Assembly: GCA_041178425.1 (NCBI GenBank)
Contig: JBEGVH010000029.1
Location: 51,770-115,769, forward strand
Direction of reading: 5' to 3'
Length of the DNA stretch: 64,000 bases
Source: Pseudomonadota bacterium
Lineage (GTDB): Bacteria > Bdellovibrionota > Bdellovibrionia > Bdellovibrionales > Bdellovibrionaceae
Positions 1-9,072 of this stretch are shown piece after piece. The notes below the pieces were generated by a model, which saw nothing but the letters and a program-made list of their open reading frames with translations, was not told the DNA's origin and did no database searches. Position numbers and translations under genes: made by a program. Positions within the stretch are counted from its first letter, which is position 1. Each line of letters begins with the position of its first letter.

Positions 1-531
1 ACCTTTGGAATCACTAATCACGACATCTTTTCGGCGCTCCCCCGGATCTCGATGCTGAGCGGTCCCAACCGAAGGCATACTATGCAAGTCGAGATGATAA
101 AGATCACCTTGAGAAAGGAGCTTTTGCGCAAGAGCCTGAACCTCTTTATGAAAAGGCGAGTAGACTCGATCGATCAAAGCTTGGTGCACCTCTCTACTTA
201 AGGGAGAGTGAAGAATCTTTTCTCCTTGAGTATTATAAACCCAATGAAAGCCTCGAGGAAAAGTTCCTGGTGGGTTATTGTTTCCTTGCACCGCTTCAGC
301 ATCAATATCCGTGGGCAAACGGTTTAAATCGGCCGCATAACGATGCCAAGAAGTCTTCACCGAAGGAATTTGGAGCTGAGCAAGACTCTCTTCATAGAGC
401 TTATCGACAAAGCGATCAACATCTCCCATGAGGGTGACTTCATCTAATCCGATTAACCACTGAGCTTCTGGTGGAATAATCTCTCCCGAGTGAGGCAGTG
501 TCGCCATCAACAAACAATCTCTTTTTGACAT
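1..531 (-). CDS. N-formylglutamate amidohydrolase (HutG/FGase family), partial; runs off window start
   Basis: Not in ORF track. Manual translation from ATG at 531 (GGAGG upstream) gives MSKRDCLLMATLPHSGEII...GDVDRFVDKLY...HRYAADLNR...YSPFH...DLHSMPS, the family's PHSG, DLNR and DxHSM motifs. Confidence 0.85.
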   Translation of the reverse strand, partial: MSKRDCLLMATLPHSGEIIPPEAQWLIGLDEVTLMGDVDRFVDKLYEESLAQLQIPSVKTSWHRYAADLNRLPTDIDAEAVQGNNNPPGTFPRGFHWVYNTQGEKILHSPLSREVHQALIDRVYSPFHKEVQALAQKLLSQGDLYHLDLHSMPSVGTAQHRDPGERRKDVVISDSKG

Positions 532-705
532 TTAAACCTCCCTCTTTATTGATGCTGCCAAAGCCCCCAATAGAAAACAAGAACTCTTCGATGAGAGTCC
601 TTGTTCCGATAGGAAGGAGCACCGGGCCTAACTTCTTTTGCTGCAATAGATCTTAGAGGCAAAGGATTGAAATTATACTTGATTTATCACTCAAAAGCTC
701 TTCCA

Positions 706-1506
706 ATGGCCGCGATGATGTTATTTCACTTACTTGTTAGCTTTGCCCTCGCTCATTCACCGCTTTCAGCAGTGAGAGACCCACAAAAGGATTACAGAAC
801 TTATTTAAGACATACGATCTCTCGCGGAGCTTCTACGGGGGAAACGGTCTTAGACCGTGCTGAGGATTTAAATACAAATCCTTGGCTAAAACTACGCCCT
901 ACCAATTATAACCAAAATAAATTGCAACTACTGTTTAACCACTTGAGAGATCATCGTCCCACCACCGACAAAGAGAATCGATCGCGTCGCCTTCCTTGGC
1001 TCTACCCAGACGATGGTTGCTATGCGAAAAGTGCTATGATGCAATCCCGTATAAAAGCAGGAGGCCAGGAGGGCTTTCACCAGATCTTTCTTTTTGGTAA
1101 CTTATTCGCCGCCACGCCTAATCATCCAGCTAAGCAGGTTTCTTGGTGGTACCATGTAGCACCCATCGTGAGAACGACCGAGGGTGTCTTCGTTTTAGAC
1201 CCTACACTTGATCCTCTGCAGCCACTTAAAGTAGAACATTGGATTAGCCGCATGATCCATTTTACTCAAGAGGCTAAAGTCAGTCTTTGCGAACCTGCCA
1301 GCTTTACCCCCGAAAGTGAATGCTTCTCAAAGGGGCCGATCGACGTTCCCGGTGCTACCGAAGAGATAAGAGAGGTTTATTTTGATCTCGAGTGGGAACG
1401 TATTCACCACCTAGGGAGAAATCCAGAACAAGAACTCGGGCCACTGAGGGCAAAGAGCCACAGCAACTTTTTTAACTCACGAACTATAACAAAGGAGTCA
1501 CTATGA
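706..1506 (+). CDS. Secreted protein-glutamine glutaminase domain protein
   Basis: Signal peptide; PWLYPDDGCYAK (Cys), WWYHVAP (His) and VLDP (Asp) match the protein-glutaminase triad pattern. ORF track starts at 667; ATG 706 is more likely. Confidence 0.75.
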   Translation: MAAMMLFHLLVSFALAHSPLSAVRDPQKDYRTYLRHTISRGASTGETVLDRAEDLNTNPWLKLRPTNYNQNKLQLLFNHLRDHRPTTDKENRSRRLPWLYPDDGCYAKSAMMQSRIKAGGQEGFHQIFLFGNLFAATPNHPAKQVSWWYHVAPIVRTTEGVFVLDPTLDPLQPLKVEHWISRMIHFTQEAKVSLCEPASFTPESECFSKGPIDVPGATEEIREVYFDLEWERIHHLGRNPEQELGPLRAKSHSNFFNSRTITKESL

Positions 1507-2120
1507 TAAAAATTTACGGTTCCCCCAAATCAAGTGCTGGTCGCGTTTATTGGATGATGGAAGAACTCGGGCTCTCTTATGAACGAGCCCCCCTCAATAT
1601 GTCGCAAAAAGAGCATAAAGCTCCAGATTTTTTGAAACTCAACCCCAATGGCAAAGTACCCTGCCTCGTCGATGGCACCTTTGTTTTGTGGGAGAGCATG
1701 GCGATCACCGAATACCTTGTGCAAAAGTATGGTGCCAATTCCTCTTTGGCCGCAAAAACACCTGAAGAAACAGGGCTCATCTCGCAATGGAGCTTTTGGT
1801 CGATCCTTGAGTTACAAAAGCATGCCGTCGAGTGGCTCATTCAAGAGCACTTTATGCCGGCCGAAAGAAAAGATGCCGGCGTGGTGGAAAAAGCTCAGAA
1901 AGCTCTGCTTCCATTGTTCGCGATTTTGGACCAAGCCTTAGAAAATAAAACTTATTTGATTGGCAACCGCTTTACCATTGCTGATCTTCATGTGGCATCG
2001 GTTGTTAATGTTGCCGCAGGACTTGGCTTTAATGTCGCTAGCTTTCCCCATGTTCAAACTTGGATCAAGGCCTGTCATGATCGACCGGCATGGCACCGCT
2101 ACAACTCATTGCCACTCTAA
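1503..2120 (+). CDS. Glutathione S-transferase family protein
   Basis: LNPNGKVPCL, LWESMAITEYL and FTIADL motifs. Confidence 0.93.
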   Translation: MIKIYGSPKSSAGRVYWMMEELGLSYERAPLNMSQKEHKAPDFLKLNPNGKVPCLVDGTFVLWESMAITEYLVQKYGANSSLAAKTPEETGLISQWSFWSILELQKHAVEWLIQEHFMPAERKDAGVVEKAQKALLPLFAILDQALENKTYLIGNRFTIADLHVASVVNVAAGLGFNVASFPHVQTWIKACHDRPAWHRYNSLPL

Positions 2121-2123
2121 TCA

Positions 2124-2855
2124 ATGAAGATTATTTCCCTCGTTCCCTCCTGGACTGAAACGCTCGTTCGATCAGGCATCAGTCCCGTAGGTAGAACTCG
2201 CTTTTGCATTCACCCCTTACCAAACGTTTCAGCGATTCCCGTTGTTGGCGGTACGAAGAATGTGTCTTGGGAGAAGGCTCTCTTGCTCAAGCCCGATCTC
2301 GTGATTATGGATAAAGAAGAAAACACTTTATCCATGGCGCAGAACTGCCCCGTCCCGTTGATTGCCACCCATGTGACTGACTGGCTCACTATGATCGACG
2401 GCCTGAGACTCATTAATGAGAATCTTCCCTCGAAAAACTTAAATTCTCTCATTGATCGAGCTGAAGACTTGAGGAAGGCACCACAGCTCCAATGGGACCC
2501 AAACAATATTCCAGGTTTCAAGGCTTGGATTCAAAAGCCTCCAACGATTTTACAAAAAGTTTCCTACCTTATTTGGAAAAACCCGTGGATGGTGATTCAA
2601 CCGAAAACTTTTATTGCAGATATGCTCACGCGACTTGGCGCCGAAATTCTTACCTTGAGCGAAGACAAATATCTCGAGGTGTCGATGGATCAAATCAAAG
2701 AGTCACTGCTCTTATTTTCGAGCGAGCCCTTTCCATTTTTACAACAAATTGATGAACTAAAAAAAGAAGGTCTTCACGGCGCCCTCATTGATGGAGAACC
2801 GTTTAGTTGGTATGGCATAAGAGCGATTGAATTTCTAGAACAACAGCAACCTTAG
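2124..2855 (+). CDS. Helical-backbone metal receptor (BtuF-like substrate-binding protein)
   Basis: KIISLVPSWTETL, VGRTRFCIHP, VGGTK, KPDLVIMDKEEN and DGEPFSWYG. Confidence 0.85.
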   Translation: MKIISLVPSWTETLVRSGISPVGRTRFCIHPLPNVSAIPVVGGTKNVSWEKALLLKPDLVIMDKEENTLSMAQNCPVPLIATHVTDWLTMIDGLRLINENLPSKNLNSLIDRAEDLRKAPQLQWDPNNIPGFKAWIQKPPTILQKVSYLIWKNPWMVIQPKTFIADMLTRLGAEILTLSEDKYLEVSMDQIKESLLLFSSEPFPFLQQIDELKKEGLHGALIDGEPFSWYGIRAIEFLEQQQP

Positions 2856-2899
2856 GTTTTCATTTTATTGAGATAACTCCTTTTACGGAGAGACCGCTG

Positions 2900-3259
2900 C
2901 TATTCGACATTAATAAACGTGTATCTTTGGCCACAACTCGTGCAAGAGAATGGATTTTCAGGGCTGAATAAATCTGGAAACACTAATTGTTTATTACAAA
3001 CCATACACAAGTACTCTTTTGTAAGAATGATTCTCTGTGTGACCTTGAACGCCTTGAATCCAAAAATGAAAGCTACTAATAAAAAGCTCGGCACCAAAAC
3101 AAAATGAAAGACCGGTATAAAAACCGATCCAATCGCCAACCCAAACCAAAACCCCCACTTTTTGAGAGCAAAGGCCAATCGTTCGCGCTGAGACAATTCG
3201 ATGAGCGTCGACTCAAGGTTTATGAATTTATCTGCATCATTTGATAGTACCATTTTCAT
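2900..3259 (-). CDS. Hypothetical membrane protein with C-terminal zinc ribbon
   Basis: Two hydrophobic segments (IPVFHFVLVP) followed by CMVC...CTSC. Confidence 0.7.
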   Translation of the reverse strand: MKMVLSNDADKFINLESTLIELSQRERLAFALKKWGFWFGLAIGSVFIPVFHFVLVPSFLLVAFIFGFKAFKVTQRIILTKEYLCMVCNKQLVFPDLFSPENPFSCTSCGQRYTFINVE

Positions 3260-3328
3260 TTTTAAATCCCTCGTTACAGACTATTGATCCAATTCGATTC
3301 ACTTCAGGACTACGTCCAACAAACTTAT

Positions 3329-3973
3329 CTATCTAACTAAACCTCGTTCAATTAAAACGTCATTATTTTGATAACTTTTAAGCTCGGTGAGAATGGACTC
3401 TCGCTCTTCAAAAGAAAGACACTGATAAAAGCTTCCTGACTCTGTCACTGACTTTAGAATTGCAATAGCTCTCAATTGATCCTCAGGTTTTTTACGACTA
3501 ACATAGCATTGCGCTACTTTTCTCAGAGACTGACTTATCCCAACTAGAGGCGGACAACGCAATGATTCGGTTGAATCATAGGCTCTTTTACCCAGGGACG
3601 GAGCCAAAAGCGGTTTCATTTCCGCAGGAAAACAAGTCGGCCCATAATTGAATTGGTCACTCCCCTGCCCTCTTTCTGAGGCAGGAACACTCACTTGCAG
3701 CGCAATTGCAGGGGCACACAAAATGATGGAAGCCGTAATCCCCGCGGTCACATCCCATAAAATCTGAGCCGTATAGGCCGCTCCCGTAAAAGAATATGAA
3801 ACCAAATATCCTGCGCCTTGCTGACTCACTTGCGCAACTTTGTAGAACTTCTGATTTTCGGGGATTTCAAGGAGGGCTTGATCGCAATCCTTCCTTATGA
3901 GGGCATTATCAAATTTTTGTTGATGACTGCAAGAACATATACAGACCAAAAATAACGTGAGAGCTTTTTTCAT
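3329..3973 (-). CDS. Hypothetical lipoprotein
   Basis: MKKALTLFLVCICSC signal/lipobox; 214 aa ORF. Confidence 0.65.
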   Translation of the reverse strand: MKKALTLFLVCICSCSHQQKFDNALIRKDCDQALLEIPENQKFYKVAQVSQQGAGYLVSYSFTGAAYTAQILWDVTAGITASIILCAPAIALQVSVPASERGQGSDQFNYGPTCFPAEMKPLLAPSLGKRAYDSTESLRCPPLVGISQSLRKVAQCYVSRKKPEDQLRAIAILKSVTESGSFYQCLSFEERESILTELKSYQNNDVLIERGLVR

Positions 3974-4035
3974 AGACTAGCCCCTTGATCAAATTGGATG
4001 AAACCTTTCCCGACGCAATCCTCTCGAGAGCCTTT

Positions 4036-5124
4036 CTACCAGCTCGCCCTATTTAATATAGAAGCCTCGGGAGATAGACGCCCATCGGGATTCACAAGAT
4101 CCAAACTCAAACCCCAACGATAAGCAAAATACATCGCCGCGTGAACTGGTACTTTCTTTTGATACGAATCCACTTTTCGAAGAAAGGCTTTCATTTGATT
4201 CGCACGCTTGGAACTTCTTTCGAAGCCCCACTCTGTAATCCACAAAGGCGTTGCTTTGCCAAAGAGTTTGATACAGGAATCTAAAATTGGAAGTTCCGAC
4301 GGCGAAGGAGCTCCTTGTGTGAGCCCCGGATAGATATGAATTGCAACCCCTTGAGTTTGAGCGAGGTAATTGACTCCATCGAGGTTTTTCAGATCGGCAA
4401 TAAATTTGAGGGCGTTATTAAAATGATATCCCTTCCATGCAGCCGAGGGAATGTTAGCAGGAGCAAAGGGCAAGATGATAGCCTGCGGAAAATAATTCTT
4501 AACCACCTCGATCGTCGTGGTGAGGTAGCGCGCATAGGCCACCTGAGCGAATTTTACCTCCGATTTAGTGGCCACCCGGCCCCAAGGGACATCCGCGTTA
4601 AAACAAACGGTATCAAGCTCATTACCCACCTCGATCCCATCAATTTGTTGATTGGCAGATCTAAGAGCATCGAAGTACCTAGTGAGTCGCTCTCTGTATT
4701 TTACTAAGTTCAGTTGACTAAGGGGTCCGATATGCCCTGGCCATCCGCAGAACTTTTCCCAGTCCGGGCCATCGTAGGTTCTAGCGACCTCTGGCGAATC
4801 AAAGTCTTCGTCTTCCATCATTGTGACGGCCATCAATTTCATTCCCGCTCGATGGGCCTGAGTGACGGCTTCAACAAAATTAGAAATTTGAGAGGAATTA
4901 TGTATGACCTCTCGATACCAACTGGTTCCCAAGGATCCCATTTGATCGGGGGCAAATATTCTCCGAATCTCTTCAATGGGAGTCCAATCGAGATTACTCT
5001 GAATTCCGGTTGGCGTTTTTACTGCAACAACCTCTGGCCCCTCGGGGCTTTGACCTGCAATGGCTGAACTACCTATAAAAGCTCCAACACAACAACATAC
5101 ACTTAACAACCATTGAATCTTCAT
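4036..5124 (-). CDS. Secreted glycoside hydrolase, clan GH-A-like TIM barrel
   Basis: Signal peptide; IEVGNE (acid/base), AIHIYP and LWITEWG (nucleophile) motifs. Confidence 0.7.
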   Translation of the reverse strand: MKIQWLLSVCCCVGAFIGSSAIAGQSPEGPEVVAVKTPTGIQSNLDWTPIEEIRRIFAPDQMGSLGTSWYREVIHNSSQISNFVEAVTQAHRAGMKLMAVTMMEDEDFDSPEVARTYDGPDWEKFCGWPGHIGPLSQLNLVKYRERLTRYFDALRSANQQIDGIEVGNELDTVCFNADVPWGRVATKSEVKFAQVAYARYLTTTIEVVKNYFPQAIILPFAPANIPSAAWKGYHFNNALKFIADLKNLDGVNYLAQTQGVAIHIYPGLTQGAPSPSELPILDSCIKLFGKATPLWITEWGFERSSKRANQMKAFLRKVDSYQKKVPVHAAMYFAYRWGLSLDLVNPDGRLSPEASILNRASW

Positions 5125-5276
5125 CCTTCTCTCCCCCACCGATATGATCATGATAGTGAGTAAGTATTAAGCAAAATAAAAGGTGTTTAGTTATTGGAAA
5201 ACCATCCCAAGGTCGGTCGAAAGAACAATTTTAGATCTCATCTATTTGTGATATCACTATCAATGGGGGCGAACAG

Positions 5277-5840
5277 ATGTTTTGGAATTCAATAAAAACA
5301 CTTTATTCAAAAATAGCCTTTTTTCTGGCTATTGGTTCTTTAATATGGTCAATCACCCTAAGCCAACCAACTTTGATGTATTGGAGTATGTATTCACATC
5401 GGGATCAATACAAGAGAGAGATCTTCATTGTGAATTCCTCCTACTGTCATTATTCCGCCAGCAGAGGTAAATCGATGGGGAGTTTTACCATTTCTGCCCA
5501 TGGACTCATCGAGAACAAAGAAATGGTAATGGATTTAGAGCCTTATTTCGACGGTGAAAAAAACTGTGCGAACGTTAACAACAGACTGACTTCAGAATTC
5601 AAGGTGGGAACAGCTCTTGATGTGCTTTATATCTCAACTATTGAGGCAGGATGGGCCGGGCGCCCACCCTCCATTGTCCCTTTCAGGGAAGACTTTAAAA
5701 AACACACGCTAGATTTGTTAAAAACATATATTTTATTAGCCTATCTTCCGCTTCTTGTTTTCGGTTTACCCTATTTTTTCAAAATGGCAGGCCTGGTGAT
5801 TACTGTTCTGAAGGCCATGATCACTGGAAAAATAAGGTAA
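5277..5840 (+). CDS. Hypothetical membrane protein (two TM segments flanking a periplasmic domain)
   Basis: 187 aa ORF with N- and C-terminal hydrophobic helices; GGGGG RBS-like stretch upstream. Confidence 0.6.
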   Translation: MFWNSIKTLYSKIAFFLAIGSLIWSITLSQPTLMYWSMYSHRDQYKREIFIVNSSYCHYSASRGKSMGSFTISAHGLIENKEMVMDLEPYFDGEKNCANVNNRLTSEFKVGTALDVLYISTIEAGWAGRPPSIVPFREDFKKHTLDLLKTYILLAYLPLLVFGLPYFFKMAGLVITVLKAMITGKIR

Positions 5841-5927
5841 TCAAAGCCTGAGAGTTTAAATCACAGCCTTATTTTGATTCAAAATGAGAATCCAACCGGA
5901 CTCCTATAACTTCCTTTTGAAAAACTA

Positions 5928-5965
5928 TCTAACCCCTGTATATACTCGTATATACAGGGGTTAGA
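5928..5965. promoter_or_regulatory. Perfect 18-bp inverted repeat, probable operator of the downstream TA remnant
   Basis: TCTAACCCCTGTATATAC-TC-GTATATACAGGGGTTAGA; each arm contains the palindrome GTATATAC. Confidence 0.6.
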
Positions 5966-5988
5966 GTGACTTATCCTAAGGGAGATTT

Positions 5989-6186
5989 ATGAGGATCTCC
6001 CCCGATATTTTGATAACAAAAGATGTATCACAACTTGAAACAGTAACCATCAAGGTTGGCAAGAGAAGGATCTCACTGGTAAGTCTTCAAGAGCTCTTGC
6101 GTATAAAACAAGAGGCCGGCAGACCCCAGGATTTAGTAGATATAAAAAATATAGAGATAAAATTAAATGAAAACCAAAAAGCGTAA
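5989..6186 (+). pseudogene. C-terminal fragment of a nucleotidyltransferase-like TA component
   Basis: VSLQELLRIKQEAGRPQDLVDI is the typical C-terminal motif of small Pol-beta-type NTases; the N-terminal GG/DxD catalytic part is absent. Confidence 0.6.
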
Positions 6187-6361
6187 GTCTCAAAAGAAAA
6201 GGACTCGGAAGCTAAAAACGCATTCACCATCAACCTTCCGAGGAGTTACTCCCGAAGAAGCTCTGCGCTTTTTAGAAGACATATGAACCCTTCAGAGTGA
6301 TATTGATGAGCCAACAGTCTCAATAAGCTTAAGAGTTCCCGGTAATATCTTGCGCGCCTAA
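6167..6361 (+). pseudogene. Degraded ribbon-helix-helix (CopG/BrnA-like) antitoxin
   Basis: Manual translation: MKTKKRK...TPEEALRFLEDI*TLQSDIDEPTVSISLRVPGNILRA*, with in-frame stops at 6284 and 6359; ISLRVP is an RHH beta-strand motif. Confidence 0.55.
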
Positions 6362-6412
6362 AACTCTAGAGGAACGATGAACTGGGTATCACCAGCCTGC
6401 TATCACTGATTC

Positions 6413-7130
6413 TTATCGCTGTCCATCCGCACTGTTGCTGGGATGGGTATCATCGGAAGGATAACCATCCGTTTTATTGATGAGGGATTCCAAGCTGGGT
6501 TGAATTTTCGCAGCCCAATCGATGGCTTGGTTTTTTGGATAATGGATACCGTCGGCTCTTTTTGAGGTCGATGGGTAACGGGTGTAGTGGGTGCTATCGA
6601 TAAACTTGCAGTTAGATTTTTCAATTAAAACCTTCATCTGCTGAACTCCCGATGGAAGATTTGATCGAAAGGGATCTTTGACTAAATCAGGAGGACCAAT
6701 CCAGATACAACGGCTTCGATTTTCGATAGTTTTCTTGAGCATGGCCTCTACGAATTTGAGCTCTTTTTTTATATTACTCGGGCTTGAGAGTATATTCGTT
6801 CCCAAAGCGATAATCGTAATATCTGGTTGAGCATCACTCAGGGCTTCAGCAAATGAAGGCGTGATTTGTTTCTGGGCGGAAGTGATTTTACCTTCTGAAT
6901 TTTTTTTCCAAAATCCACAGTTGGTCTGTTGAAATTTGGAGCCAGTCTGGGTCCAATTGGAAGGAGAGGATCCACAACTACCTATCGACGTCACTTTGTG
7001 GCTGAACTTTCGCAAATCCCGTGGACACACTCAACACAAGAACCAGGAATGACAATACGGATACGATCACACTACCTACCCTGTTTTTATTAGATCCATT
7101 TTTCTCAGGGCTCGTCACTTTTATTCTCAT
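6413..7130 (-). pseudogene. Secreted SGNH/GDSL hydrolase disrupted by internal deletion/frameshift
   Basis: The 6413-7030 frame has SCGSS, IIALGTN, WIGPP and DGIHY but no GDS block. A signal peptide (…VLSFLVLVLSVSTGFA) lies in a different frame starting at ATG 7130. Confidence 0.65.
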
Positions 7131-7344
7131 TAAATTGAAATTGCGCAAGAAACCGAACACATTTATTCGCAGATGAATCACGAATCGAGGAGCGCTATAT
7201 TCTGACCTCTTTATTTTTGGTGTAATCCACCACTGAACGAAAAAAAACCTAGCTTAAAGGTATTGGTGCAGCCAACTTGAGGAGTTTCGAACTGCGTGCG
7301 TCAATTGGAGCTTCAAATCTCGAAACGAATCAATTAGTAAATGC

Positions 7345-7364
7345 AGTTGACTATATAGTCAACT
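7345..7364. promoter_or_regulatory. Perfect 20-bp palindrome, probable MarR operator
   Basis: AGTTGACTATATAGTCAACT, about 33 bp upstream of the hydrolase-MarR operon start. Confidence 0.7.
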
Positions 7365-7397
7365 TGATTGACCATTCAGCTCGGAGGTATTTTAATT

Positions 7398-8207
7398 ATG
7401 CCATCATCGCAACTAAGTTTTATGTCCAGAGGAAATGGTCAAAATATTGTATTTTCTCATGGGACCCCAACTTATTCAGGCGAATACATTAGCGTTGTTA
7501 AAAGGCTTGAGTCTAAATATAAATTTATTCTTGTCGACCACTTGGGCTTTGGAAACTCACCAAAGCCCAAACAAGCGGACTACTCAATTGAAGCACATCA
7601 ACAACGATTCAAGGCTTCTTTGATTGAAAATAAAATTAAATCATTTCACTTGGTTGTTCATGACTTTGGGGGAGTCATTGCTTTACCACTCCTCCTCGAT
7701 TCCGACTTTGAGGTTTTAAGTTTAACGATTTTAAATTCATGGTACTGGTCACTTATTGAAACTGAGCCGCAAATGAAAGCTCAAAGTGTCTTTGTAAAAC
7801 TAGGAATACTTCCCTTTCTTTATCGTTACTTCAATTTTAGTCCAAAGGTTCTACTGAAAATAGCTTGGGGATCTCATTCGCCATTAACAAAAGAGAGGCA
7901 CGATCACTATTCTGGAATGTTTCCGACGCACAATGAAAGATCTGGAACAATTGGCTTTCTTAATGCTCTTTTTGATTTTGAAAATTCTGTTTGGAAGAAA
8001 GCCGAGACCCTGAAAAGCATTAATGTTCCCGTTCAAATAATTTGGGGCAAAGCGGATAAACTTATTTCGATCAGAAATCTAGAAAGATGGAAGACGATTT
8101 TTCCAGATGCAAAAGTCGTTGCCTTAGAAAAGGTTGGACATTTTGTAGCTGAAGAAGCTCCTGAGATTTTTACAGATGAACTCGATTCATTTTTGAGAAA
8201 CAAATGA
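7398..8207 (+). CDS. Alpha/beta fold hydrolase (haloalkane dehalogenase/epoxide hydrolase-like)
   Basis: HGTPTYS, DHLGFGNS, VHDFGG (Asp nucleophile), WGKAD and GHFVAEE; GGAGG before ATG 7398. Confidence 0.88.
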   Translation: MPSSQLSFMSRGNGQNIVFSHGTPTYSGEYISVVKRLESKYKFILVDHLGFGNSPKPKQADYSIEAHQQRFKASLIENKIKSFHLVVHDFGGVIALPLLLDSDFEVLSLTILNSWYWSLIETEPQMKAQSVFVKLGILPFLYRYFNFSPKVLLKIAWGSHSPLTKERHDHYSGMFPTHNERSGTIGFLNALFDFENSVWKKAETLKSINVPVQIIWGKADKLISIRNLERWKTIFPDAKVVALEKVGHFVAEEAPEIFTDELDSFLRNK

Positions 8208-8698
8208 ATCCTAAAAAAAGTCGCATATCCATTCAGAAATTGCGGATTCACCCCCAAGAACTTGACAGCAACCAACCGCTCGCTCGGTTCATGATAACAT
8301 TGTTCAATCTATTCGAAGATGAAATCATTCTCAAAATACAAAACACGAACTACAAGGATGTTACAAGAACTGATTTAAACACTTTGCGATACATAGGACA
8401 TGGGGGAGAAACTTCATCACAGCTTGCAAATTTCGCAGGAGTTTCTAAGCAAGCAATGAGCAAGCAAATAGAAAGCCTTTCTCGCAGAGGCTATGTGAAA
8501 GCTATTCAAGATAAAAGTGATGCTCGGATTTTTAAAATTTCTTTTACCCAAAAAGGTAGCGACCTAGTCCTTTTCCTAGTTAAAGAAATAAAGGTGATTG
8601 AGCTTAGATTTCAACGGAAAGTTGGTAGATCTGTCTTTGACAAAATGAAAATAGACCTGCAGTCACTTATCAATCTTTATGGTGAATCAAAGTCGTAA
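8204..8698 (+). CDS. MarR family transcriptional regulator
   Basis: LANFAGVSKQAMSKQIESLSRRGYV...DKSDARIFKISFTQKG winged HTH; ATGA overlap with the hydrolase. Confidence 0.88.
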   Translation: MNPKKSRISIQKLRIHPQELDSNQPLARFMITLFNLFEDEIILKIQNTNYKDVTRTDLNTLRYIGHGGETSSQLANFAGVSKQAMSKQIESLSRRGYVKAIQDKSDARIFKISFTQKGSDLVLFLVKEIKVIELRFQRKVGRSVFDKMKIDLQSLINLYGESKS

Positions 8699-8800
8699 AT
8701 TAAATAGATGAAACGAGCCTACAGGCAGCGGTAAGCCTTGGATCGAGACATCCGCTCGGGGGATGTCTATTAAATCATTGGATTGTCTTAGATTTAAAAT

Positions 8801-8892
8801 TGGTGCCCCGGGCCGGACTTGAACCGGCACGCCCGTGTTAACGAAGCCCAGGATTTTAAGTCCTGTGCGTCTACCAATTTCGCCACCGGGGC
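8801..8892 (-). tRNA. tRNA-Leu (anticodon TAA)
   Basis: Reverse complement GCCCCGGTGGCGAAATTGGTAGACGCA-CAGGACTTAAAATCCTG...GGTTCAAGTCCGGCCCGGGGCACCA; long variable arm, CCA encoded. Confidence 0.95.
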
Positions 8893-9072
8893 ATTTCTAG
8901 ATGGTGAACTTTTATTAGATGTAGCAAGATGACTCCAAAGTCTACTAGGAAGATAAGGTTTTATAAAATTTCTCGGCGCATTAAATGGAGAAATTCAGGA
9001 GTAGATACGTTGAATTAGACAAATAGCTTCAGATAGTGTGAAGAGCGAACTTCGGACAACATAGGAGTTTTT

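Noticed and set aside
440..646. 68-aa ORF on the minus strand
   Set aside because: Overlaps out of frame the real N-formylglutamate amidohydrolase start at 531; no motifs.
7263..7292. TTGGTGC…TTCGAAC as a second att copy of the tRNA-Leu 3' end
   Set aside because: Only 7 contiguous bases match; too short to support.
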